Source: Blasia pusilla (lineage: Eukaryota). From it: a DNA stretch of 64,000 bases. Positions within the stretch are counted from its first letter, which is position 1, and each line of letters begins with the position of its first letter. The stretch covers positions 28,210,001 through 28,274,000 of the forward strand of contig CM114271.1 in assembly GCA_050084515.1 (NCBI GenBank). The letters run 5' to 3'. Below the pieces are notes generated by a model, which was given only the letters and a program-made list of their open reading frames with translations, was not told the origin of the DNA and did not search any database. Of this stretch, positions 53,846 through 64,000 are shown in pieces. A program made the position numbers and the translations under genes.

Positions 53846-55230
53846 GTGGTGCGGTAAATCGGCTAATCAATCATCTCATGAACAACATATACCCTCAACT
53901 ATGGACATCCCACACACGTCTATGTGTCTTAAACCCATACATCAATGATGCTCTGTGCACCACACGAAACCCAATGTCCCCAAATAACTGCCCAATACCC
54001 AGAAATTCCCTCACACGTATAGGGGAAAAGACGAGAATGGATAACCTAACAACAATGTCGATGTTGCTCCTCACCAATTGTAAACCTCAACCCCAACTCG
54101 GTCGTGAAGACAAACTCCTCCAATCAGCAAGCCGCACTCCTCTTGTATTGATGAGGAGTCAGACAAGCAGTCAGACGAAGACGAAGACTTCAAAGACTTC
54201 AAAGACTTCATGGGTTTGAATCACAGAGGGGATTCAAACCCATGGGTCTTTTTGGGTTGGGAAAATTTTTTGCCCAATGATTGGCTGCCCCGCAATTATA
54301 ACAAAAATTCCTCTAAATAGGTGGGGTGAACGCCACGGGTCCCATGATCTGCCGTAGAGGCCTTTGCTCTCTAAATTCTGGTGGCACGTATCTTGGGATC
54401 TAGCTGCAAGAAGTACTAGCCCCTTAGTTTTGGGGTACTCTCTAGGCAGGAGGATCCTCCGCCACTAGTTCCCGTCTTACACCAAGTGGGGGTCCTACGA
54501 CTTGTTCTACTCCCATTCCCCACTTTCTTGCTACCTCTCCTTGCTTGGAAGATCTGGTCATCCCCGGTAGTGGACCCAAAATTCCCTTACCTTTTTCCTT
54601 ATGTAATGTATAACTCAAGGAAAAAGCTACTCTTTCTATCGCAAAGAACTAAGTTCGTTCCCAAGAGACCACTATTTGCTGAGTAACGAGAGGTTTTATA
54701 AAGAATATCAAGAATAAACTCCTTCTTCAATAAAATGCTTCCCTAACTACAACGATAGTGTCTTATGAGTGCAAAAGAATAAAAGGCTTTTCTTTACTCT
54801 TGGAAAAGACTCTTCTCAAGTGCATACGAAGACTCTTGCAAATCTGCAATAACAAAGCTCCACGAAGACCTCAAAGAGATCTCAAGAATAGCGGCTCCCC
54901 CTACTTTCAGAACTATCTTCTGGAATTGTGAAACTACAAGACTCAACTCTCATCTCTACTGCAGCCCAATAAGATCCACATTCAGTTCCGCACTTTAGAA
55001 AGAATGAAAGAAGACTCTTCTTCTACATCAAAGAGTGGAAAGAACTCATAAGTAGTACAAGCGTCTGAAAGTAAAAGACTCTTCAACTTGGATCATCCCC
55101 CAACAAAACTCCTTACACTCTCACCAAGACTGCGAGTAAACTCAAGATACACAAAACAGTATTGAGGAGTTCAAGATACAAGGGAAAACGATGAATCTGT
55201 CATGGCAAGTTACTCACTATCTAACAACTT
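53846..55230 (-). mobile_element. Insertion splitting the RNase H-integrase linker: duplicated family leader segment (about 53846-54148) plus a foreign LTR-like block (about 54149-55226)
   Basis: 53880-54125 is similar to 60270-60495. The foreign block reads TGTTAGATAG...CATCA on the minus strand. No TSD found. Confidence 0.55.
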
Positions 55231-55232
55231 TC

Positions 55233-56800
55233 CTACGCTTCTCTGCCATCCTCCAAAACCCTCAAATTATGTGTCCCCTCCCAATGGAACCGTCTGGCCC
55301 GCTGGAGGATCCGATCCCGCTCTCTAGCACCCACAATGCTCGCAACACTGCCAGTACAAAGGTACTCCAAGACTACTCCATCATCATAAATATCTCGGCC
55401 ATTTGTCTTCTCCTCACTGGCCTCGGGATCCAAGGACTCTCCACTAGACCTCGCCATCGAAGTTTCCACACTCTGGCTCTCCATAGCCAACATGCCTACA
55501 TAGGCTGATGCGTGCCATCCTGATACTGACTCCTCATCACTCTCTCCATGCCATCGAGCTCCAGTTGCATCTCGCTGACTCGGGCATGGGTTACGACTCA
55601 ACCCATCTGCATCTTGGTTGGGCGTCCCATGTCTATGTACCACCTAAAAATCATACTCCTCCAACAAGAGAGCCCATCTCGCAAGCTTCCCTGTAAGCTT
55701 GTCGGACTCCATCAACCACTTCAGTGGTTGATGATCAATGATGATGGTAAAGGGATTGCCGAATAAGTAACACCTGAAATGCGCGACAACCCACACCGCA
55801 GCCAAGCACTCACCCTCATACGAGCTATACTTTTCCTCTACAGCATTATTTGAGCGGCTAGCGTAAGCCACCACAAATTCTCTACCCTCATCATCATGTT
55901 GGGTAAGCACCGCTCCAAGCCCCAACATGCTCCAATCTGTGTGCAACGGGAAAGGACGCCCACTGATTGGTCTCCGGTGCGGACGTCAACCTGTCCTTGA
56001 GCAACTGAAATAATCCCTCGTGCTCATCCCCCTAGTGCCACTTGTGATCCACTTTGGTCAGCAAGGTCAGCGGCTTCGCAACCGAACTGAATCCATTGAA
56101 GTACCACCGATAGAAGTTTTCCAATCCCATGAATGCGCAAACACGGCTCATATCTATAGGGCTTGGAATGCGTGAGATAGCCTCTGCCTTTGTCTACTGA
56201 ACACCAAGGCCCCCTTGGTATATTGTATGACCCAAGTACTCAATCTGGTCATAGAAGAACTTGCATTTTCCTGGATGTAGCTTCAGCCCATGTAATTGCA
56301 ATCGTCGAAACATCTCCTCTAGATGTCGCTCATGCTCCTCAACCGTGGCGCTAAAGACTACGATGTCATCAGTATAACACCTAGCAAAATCCAAACGAGC
56401 CAAGATCCTATCCACGATCCTCTGAAACTTAGCTAGGGCGTTCTTTAACCCAAATGGTAAGAACCGCCACTCGTGCAAACAATCCTTCCCGTGAGGATCG
56501 ATGCCCCAAAATGCCGTCTTCTGCCTGTCCTCCAATCTTAAAGGCAGCTGATGGTATCCGGCTCGCAAATCCAATGAATTGAAAACATTTGCATGACCAA
56601 TCGCATCAAAGATCTCCTCAAGGGTGGGCATGGCATACCTATTGGACTTTGTTTGCCGATTGATAGGTCAAAAATCCCCACACATCCGCCTATCCATCTA
56701 GTTGCCATGCACATCCTTCTTGTCGGGCATGACAATGGCAGATGCATACTCGCCATGCGACATCTCCACTAGTCAAGTCCTGGCTCCTACTCTGAATCAG
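55233..56800 (-). pseudogene. Gypsy reverse transcriptase and RNase H
   Basis: MPTLEEIFD, SLDLRAGYHQ, DRQKTAF, LPFGLKNA, CYTDD, KCKF, YLGH. RNase H HTDWS..GLGAVL, YASR, YSSYEGECLA, DHQPLKWL, ADGLSR. Confidence 0.92.
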
Positions 56801-57329
56801 AGCCCTCTCCATATCACTATACCTGTATCGGCGTATCACTTGACAACTCAATGCGGATCCTCGGTCCCTTCAGCGTACCCAAATCCTCCATGCTAAACGC
56901 AAAGCACCTCCTATAACTCCTGAGGAACTGATGTATTTGGCGCCGCTCTCCTCCTGTCAACTTAGGGCCCATATTTGGCTCCCAAGTCTCCATCGTGACT
57001 ATGGTAGGACTCTCCGGCGTGGATATCAGTGGTTGCTATGGTGCAACCCTGTCTCGAACAACAACACTCAACCGCTCTCTTGCAGCCAACTGCAAACTCT
57101 GATCTCCTCCACATGCACTGCCCGGAACCACGCTCGATGCTGTGGCTATCATCTCTTGGTGTACCTGCAAAACATCCCAAGAAGTCCAAGGGAGTCTCTC
57201 TCGATCTCCCTTGGTGTATCGATCTCCTCGGGTCTCGCCCCCAGCCACTGCCTCCATCGTCTCGATAGGCATGGGGCTCACCAACGCAACCGATGTGATC
57301 TGACGCGATCTCATCCGACGCTGCATAGC

Positions 57330-57990
57330 CACTTCCAAGCTGAAGATCCATGTCAACCAGTTCAGGTCCATCGCCTGACCCAAGACATGGCATCGTGATG
57401 CCTCTGACATTGACGTGACTGCCGTCAAACCTGGGGGAAATCCCATCGCGCGCTCTCTCTTGTTGGCGTTGGGCTTTACCAACCTCTGAACCTGGTCATC
57501 CCAAACCAAGCCAGGACCGACCTCCTTGTATGCATAGGAAGCGGGAAAACTCACAAACATGGGAAAGGCTGCCTGCGGCCTGCCTACCTCGTTGACCAAA
57601 GTCAACGCTGGTTGATCATCGTGCCTCATTGCGTGTGATCGACGACCAGGATCCATAATGGAATCCCCTAACAAATGGGAGGGGCGCTCCACTCTTGCAT
57701 ACGCCCTCCGTAACACTGCATGGGGCACCAATTTGGTCCACCATAGACGCGGGCGATGGGCTCAAGAACCAACACTCGCTGCATCCAAGAAAACTGCTGG
57801 GCCGATCCAGGCACGCACCTGATGAGCACTCGTCACCACCCATGACATGGAGTCTTCTAAGATGGGCACATTCTCCAGAATGTAGGCTAGAGAACAAGAT
57901 TGGTGCTCCTGCAATTGCCGTAAGACCCTCAACATCTCCCAAAATAACCTCGAACAAGTAGCAGCCAACTCGCAGCCTCGTCCAGCACTC
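57330..57990 (-). pseudogene. C-terminal half of the DNMT3/DRM-like methyltransferase domain (motifs VI, VIII, IX, X)
   Basis: One frame with a single TGA: SRLFWEMLRVL, YILENVP, FLDAASVGS*AHRPRLWWTKL, RERAMGFPPGLT, RCHVLGQAMD. Confidence 0.88.
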
Positions 57991-58199
57991 GATCCCATCG
58001 CTCGCTCTCTCTCGTTGGCATTGGGCTCCACCAACCACTGAACCTAGTCATCCCAAACCAAGCCAGGACCGGCCTCCTTGTATGCATAAGAAGCGGGAAA
58101 ACTCACAAACGTGGGCAAGGCTGCCCGTGGTCTGCCTAAACGTGATGCAGGAACTCCAAATCCACGCTCACATAGCGTAGCGGCCAGCCGAAAAGCCTC

Positions 58200-60010
58200 A
58201 GCGGGCTAACCCCCCAACGTCATAACATCGGAAGCACAAAATAAAGGAGCGCGGTACACAATGGTGGCCGCCCCCAACAACGTGCTCGACACATGCCCCT
58301 CCTGAGCATCAACAATAGGAGTCGTCGTATTCGCTTCTCCCATCGCCCTCCGTGCCTGCACACCAACAACATTACCAACTCTCCAAGAACTGTGATCAGG
58401 ACCCATCGGTGGGGTCCTCATCGCCTCGGACAAGGTGAAAGAGTGAGGAAGCCTAGTTTGTTTCCTGGCTTCCCCTCGCTGTGGATCCAACTCTGCAGCT
58501 GCTCCACGCGTTCCAACTATGGCTTCCTCCATCTTGGCAACCCCGCACATCCAACCTGGATCCTCGATATGTCTGGCTGCTCCATATGATGTCGATGCCA
58601 CGGATCCAGAATTGGGTAATCTCAATGCCATAGCGGCAATCTGCTCCTGTAGTTGATGTATCTGAGCAGCCATCCTAGCCTCACGCCTGGCATCTCCCTC
58701 GACGCGTCTAGGTGGTAGGACTCTACCTCCTCCACAGGCAGCTCCAACACCCTGTCGGAAAACTCCAGCTCCTTGTCCCCCAACAGGACCACCTGGTGCA
58801 CGATCTCTAGGCCCACCCGGACTGGCTACTCGCTCTGGTGCCCTCTATGGCCCTCGGTCCGGACGTAACTCAGTATGTAAATTGAAACACGTGGCGCGTG
58901 TATGACCATACCTCTGACAATAGTCACACTGATAACCTCTTGGTGCAGCACCATCTCCTCCTCTATGTTGACGCACACGTTCATGACCCTAACGAGTGCA
59001 ATCGCGCTGATGATGGGCTCCACCACATGACCAACAAGTAATAGTAGGCGGCTGCTGCTGAGCCCATATGGAGGCGCAGGTCTCTGTGGCACGGCCTCCC
59101 GGAATCCTCCCTGAGCTCGTGGTGCCACACTCAACCTATCGCGGAGTCCACGTTGCTGCACAGGTAGTGTAGACAATCGTGACTGCTCTCGCGCAAAATC
59201 CATGGTGGCTACGCTCTCCTCTGCCATGTTGCGCTCAATGTTCTCGGCGGTCCTAAAAACATCTCTCAACAAAGGGGAGGTGTTCATAAGAAGTACCCCC
59301 TCCCGCACTCGTGTCTGCAGGTTCCGGTCCAATTTTGCGTACCATGATTGGATATCTTGAGCCTCTGTCACCCCTTGAGTGACGTTAATCAACCGGTGCA
59401 AGCGAGAGTAAGCCTCACGCAAACTCTCACCCGGGCGCCTGTGGAAGTCGTGGATGCTCCACAACTTCTCCGTCCGTACCCCTTGGTAGCTACCCTCAAC
59501 TCAACAAAGAAATCAACCATAAAGTTGAACCTAGGACGAACCCGACTGGATGATGCAACTGCCCCAATCCGACTCACCCCTCCTAGTACATCACTAGTGG
59601 AAGACGAAGTAGCCTCTCCCAACTCCTCCTCCTCATCTCGCAATGGCTCTGTCCATGACACGTAATGTGGGTCATAGTAGAGCCTCCACGGCTTGATCTC
59701 ATGTGCATATCTCTGAGAAAACTCATGGTAATCATCCATGGGCGCCCCCTCTAAATGTTGGAACATACCGTTTCATGATGTAAACGGGTTGAACTCTCTA
59801 GAGTTCCTGACCCGCTAGGAGTCGCACCAACTCCTAAACGTCGTGATGAAGTCGTGCAACTCTCTGGTGCCTATTGCATCTGAGAACCTGGGCGGCCCTC
59901 TACCCCAATCGTCCATCTCGTACGCGCAACTAGTAGGACCATTCACAATGTGTGGCGATATGCTCACAAACTCCTCTACACCCTTCCCCTCGTCTAACGA
60001 TGATACAGAA
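58200..60010 (-). pseudogene. Gag with two zinc knuckles
   Basis: Homologous to 49030-50900 (FQHLEGAPMDDYHEF, DFHRRPGESLREAYSRL). Knuckle DNA at about 58890-59040. Confidence 0.85.
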
Positions 60011-61597
60011 GGAGGTCGAGGGGGTCCCTCACGTGGAGACCCTCAAAACCTCACGACACTCCGTGTAAACCCTCTAAAGTTACTCTCAGGTTCATCACCT
60101 TACCTCTAATGACCCTCGTGCCCTTGCATACGCTCCCTCTCCCCTCTGTGAGTAATCACTTAGACTAAACAATCGGTCTACACTCCCTCTCACCGAGTTG
60201 TGTGGCATGCGGCAACGGACGGCGTGGTGCGAAAAATCAACCACGCTATCATCTTATCGACAACCTACCCATCAACTCTGGACATCCCACACAAGTCTAT
60301 GTCCCTTAATCCACATACATAAACGATGTTCTCGGCATCCACACAAACCCAATATGTCAGATAATTGCCCAGTTCTCACAATTCCCTCACACGTACTGGG
60401 CAAAAGACCACGATGGGTAACCTCAACAAATGTTGAATCGCTCCGCATCAACTGCAAACCTCGACCCCAACTTGGTCGTGAAGCCAAACTCCTCAAACCA
60501 GCAAAATACAATTTTCTCCACAATGATGGCTCCGCGATCGAGACGGTGCGGTGCGGCCACGAGCGGCATGGCGCGGAAATTGGTGGCGCGTTGCGGCTAC
60601 GGGCGTCACGTCACGATACTCGATCTTTGTGGAGCGGCTACCAACTCAAAACATAGTAATGCGTCTAGAAAACTCGGACCCCATAAATCACTCGGTCACA
60701 CGTCGTCGTGAGTAGTACTCCAGTCGATCGATGATAAGCTCCACAAAGGTGTGACGAAGGCGGCCTGAACAACTACTTGGCGGTGTATATATGTGACTTG
60801 TCAACGGCCGTTTCTCCCAACCTAAACAACGGTAACAGTCAGTCGACGGCAGATTGACGGGTAATGGGCCAACTGACGGGTTGAAGGGCCTGGTAAAGGG
60901 TTGACAGCCTGGCGACGGGTGGACGGCCTGGCGACGAGTCGACGGCTTAGCCGATGGCAACGGCAATGGGTTGACGGCTTGGCGATGGGTTGACAGACGA
61001 GACGACGGCGACGGCGATGGCGACGGTGGTCGACGGTGATGGCGCCGCCATGGGTTGGCTGCTTTAGGGTTTCAATTTTTACCCAAAAATTGGCAGTTTA
61101 CAAATTGGCCATAACTTTCTGGTTGCAACTTCAAATCGCGCACCATTCTTGCAAAACGTGCACAGCTTCAAGATCTACGATGGCGTCAAAAAATATTTTG
61201 AATCAAAAAATCCAATAAAAATTGATGGAGATTGTCGTAAACCCCAACGTTTCTTTCTTCTACACAAAATCTGATTTCTCCCAACAAAAATGTAAAACCT
61301 GTGAAAAAGACAAATTAGAAAGCTACCTGGTGCTCTTGAGAGCATTGGCATGGGTAATCCGCCCCCACACTCAAATTCTACCAACATTTAGGCAGTGCTT
61401 CCGCGCGCCACTCTCTCGTACAAAAAAACGGTAAAGGAAAACAACAAACTAAATAACTCTTGCTCTCGTGAGCACTCCCATGAGTCATGAAGCAGGGAAC
61501 ACTGTCCCTAACCTGCAAACACATCGAAACTCTAGCAAGCTCCCGCATTGTAACTCTCATTCTCTCTTTGTAAAGTAAGATCCAATCTCTCTCTACA

Positions 61598-61599
<2 letters not shown>

Positions 61600-61670
<71 letters not shown>
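61600..61670. repeat. (CT)n microsatellite inside repeat B
   Basis: Seen directly. Confidence 0.95.
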
Positions 61671-61672
<2 letters not shown>

Positions 61673-62116
61673 GTCAAACCAAACCTACTCTCCTAATCAG
61701 AGGCTTAGATTACACTCATAAGGCAAGGGACCAAAGCTCTGCCGCCTCAAGCCAAGAGGTTTAACAAAGAGAGAATGAGCTCTCAAGCTCTCTCTCCTTG
61801 AGGTATACCCCTCCCCTCTCCCAAACTCTCTCCATGGTAACCTATTCTCCCAAGTCACCTCCTTGGCTCTTGACCTGATGTAGGAGGTCAAGGGCCACCT
61901 ACCAAAAATATAAAGTCGGTCATATACTCAAAATGGTACTTATCTAAAATAGTAAGTTTCTCAATATGGCTCCAAATGAGCCGAAACGAAGGGGAAACCT
62001 ACTCTCTCAGGTTTCCCGAGGCCTCAGGAGATCATCCTCGACTTACTTAGCGTGTCCTCCACTACTCACGTAGACGCTCTACTAGATCTCACCAATCTAT
62101 CCTAGAAGGCATGACA

Positions 62117-62382
62117 CAAGCTTCCCTGTAAGCTTGTCGAACTCCATCAACCACTTCAGTGGTTGATGATCAGTGATGATGGTAAAGGGGTTGCTGGATA
62201 AGTAACACCTAAAATGCGCGACAGCCCACACCATAGCCAAGCACTCACCCTCATACAAGCTATACTTTGCCTCTGTAGTGTTTTTCGAGTGGCTAGTGTT
62301 AGCCACCACAAACTCTCTACCCTCATCATCATGCTGGGTGAGCACCCCTCCAAGCCCCAACATGCTCCAATCTGTGTGCAAC
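62117..62382 (-). pseudogene. RNase H fragment of the DNMT/PHD family
   Basis: LHTDWSMLGLGGVLTQHDDEGREFVV...DHQPLKWL, very similar to 55680-55946. Confidence 0.85.
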
Positions 62383-64000
62383 TCTTCGGAGTCTGTGGAC
62401 CCCGTCGTGCCATCCATGGAGGCTTTGGTGTTTGTAGAGGATGCTTCGTCCTTGGAAGAAGAACTAGTTTGCAAAGAACCTCGTCGTTGATGACGCTGTC
62501 TTCGCATTTTTTGGGATTTCTCGGAGGCCTCGTACGCCTCTGCGGATGCTATAACTGCTTCCAAGGAATCTCGTTGGCCTCATCGGCAGTATTGGTCCAT
62601 TTCTTTGGACAGTCCCGATACAAACCAATCTACCAATTGTGAGGTAGTGGTGTGTTCAAGTTTATTTACAAGGCTACGGAACCTTTGGGTGTATTCCCTG
62701 AGAGTTTCCTTCTTTTTACGTTTCACGTCGCGAAGCTTCGTCAGAATCTTGTCCTCGAACTCATGGTTACGGAACTCATGAAGAAAGGACTCGAGTACCC
62801 TTTTCCAGGTTTCCGTGACATCCGCTCCCAGACCCTAGTACCATTGGCTTGCTCGCTTCTTAAGCACGCCAGGAAAGACTCGCAACAAATCCTCCCCTAA
62901 GCCTTCCCCATTAGCCTTAGCTACTTGGGTAAATTCAAGCACAAAGTTGTCAACATCATCTCGCCGTCCGCCTGCAAACGTGGGGTATCTTAACAGCGTC
63001 TTTCTAGTGTTGGCCATTGGGAAATTTCTGCTCCTGGATGCTCGGGAGGGAGGAGGGAGCGGTTCCGATCTGGTTGATTTGGTCGGCTCCTTTTCCCCCG
63101 AGTCCCCAAAGGGATTCCAGGTTGCCTCTCTATCCGACTGCAAACTGGCAGGAGACGTGTTGGGGAGCGTATTCCTGTCCCTCCTCTTGATCTTGGGCTT
63201 TGTGCGAGCCCGAAGACTGGGAGATATCCCTGGCGGTCTCCAAGACGAGTGATCTTCCTGTTGCTTAGTGCGTCGATCAGCTCGGTGATCTCGCGATGAG
63301 GGCCGGGGAGACTTCCATGAGTCTTTTCTGGGATTCGGGAGCTTGCTTCTGCACCCATGATCGCCACAAGGTAGGGGTCCATGGAGGGAACTTGGATCTT
63401 CCTAATTCCTAGAGGAGTGTGCGGGTGCTCTTAATCTACCTGCCAAGTTTTCCTCCCATAAACAGAAGTACCGGGTCATCACCAAGTAGAACTGACCTTC
63501 ATAGGCGAAGCACTATTCGGTGACTAGTTCTTTGACAATACTAATAAGTTGTTCTATCTTTTCTAGCACCAATGCAGCAAACCGATTGTTATCTTCTTTC
63601 ATCCATTGTCTTAAGGGGATAGCTAGAGATAGCAGATGGTCTTCAGTAAGAACTAGATGGTTGGGTCTCCTAGGAGACGAGGCTTCTTTCCCCGCTCTTG
63701 GGTCTCCCATGAGTCTCTCTCTCTTCCCATCAAAGCTTATGATCCCCGGCAGCGGCGCCAAAATGTTTTATCTCTTATATGTAATGTACAATGAGTAACA
63801 GAATTGATCTTTTTACATTAATTTAATGACTTCGATCCCCAAGAGGATCATTGTGTGGTGGAAAGAGAGTTCAAATTTACAATTCTCTTGTAATAAGTGT
63901 ATTTAAGTGTGCATGATTTAGATTCAATGTCTTATCAATATCTTTGGATCTTTCTTAGTACCAAGGTTTCTTTCCTCTATTCTCTCTAGTGGAGTTGATA
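62383..64000 (-). mobile_element. 5' part of an Athila/Tat-like Gypsy element: LTR end (63764 to beyond the window), PBS, decayed gag
   Basis: LTR ends ...AAAACA and is followed by TTT-TGGCGCCGCTGCCGGGGATC. Gag-like YPTFAGGRRDDVDNFVLEF...LKKRASQWY. Confidence 0.7.
63741..63760 (-). other. Primer binding site, tRNA-Asp type
   Basis: TGGCGCCGCTGCCGGGGA lies 3 nt downstream of the LTR CA end and resembles the Athila-type PBS TGGCGCCGTTGCCGGGGA. Confidence 0.75.

Larger units (their letters stand above)
51631..62116 (-). mobile_element. Best-preserved DNMT/PHD Ty3/Gypsy copy: B, leader, gag, partial DNMT, RT, RNase H, integrase-PHD, A-B-A
   Basis: B 61549-62116 (TG...CA), gag about 58200-60010, DNMT about 57330-57990, RT about 56040-56800, RNase H 55644-55946, integrase-PHD 52597-53845, purine tract 52404-52413, A 52279-52402, B 51746-52276, A 51631-51744. 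Confidence 0.9.

Noticed and set aside
60198-60656. Antisense ORF in the retroelement leader (similar peptide at 53878-54219)
   Set aside because: The reading frame shifts between copies, so the similarity reflects DNA homology only.
51631-62116. Classification as a DIRS/PAT tyrosine-recombinase element, or as an intact active element
   Set aside because: It encodes an HHCC/DDE integrase, and no tyrosine recombinase is seen. It has stops, frameshifts, a deletion, an insertion and no matching TSD.

Overview
Eukaryotic, TE-dense genomic DNA, most consistent with a streptophyte or non-seed land plant (this host assignment is inference). Only one convincing host gene is present: an intronless plant SMI1/KNR4-like, At3g50340-type protein (27525-29186, -). 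The rest is nested, mostly decayed mobile DNA: a spliced MULE/SWIM transposase pseudogene, an RTE-type LINE remnant, a CRE-like RLE non-LTR fragment, a Helitron-type PIF1 helicase remnant and Helitron-like ends, two hAT-type MITEs with 8-bp TSDs, solo LTRs, and an Athila-like element with a tRNA-Asp-type PBS. The standout is a Ty3/Gypsy family present as several copies (about 10.1-20.4 kb +, 42.9-51.6 kb +, 51.6-62.1 kb -, plus a remnant near 4.9-5.7 kb). Its pol carries a DNMT3/DRM-like C5 cytosine methyltransferase domain between protease and RT, and its integrase ends in a PHD finger. Its termini follow an atypical B-[gag-pol]-A-B-A split direct repeat layout, seen in two diverged copies. 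All copies here are disrupted. Coordinates of decayed elements are approximate and were read by eye.
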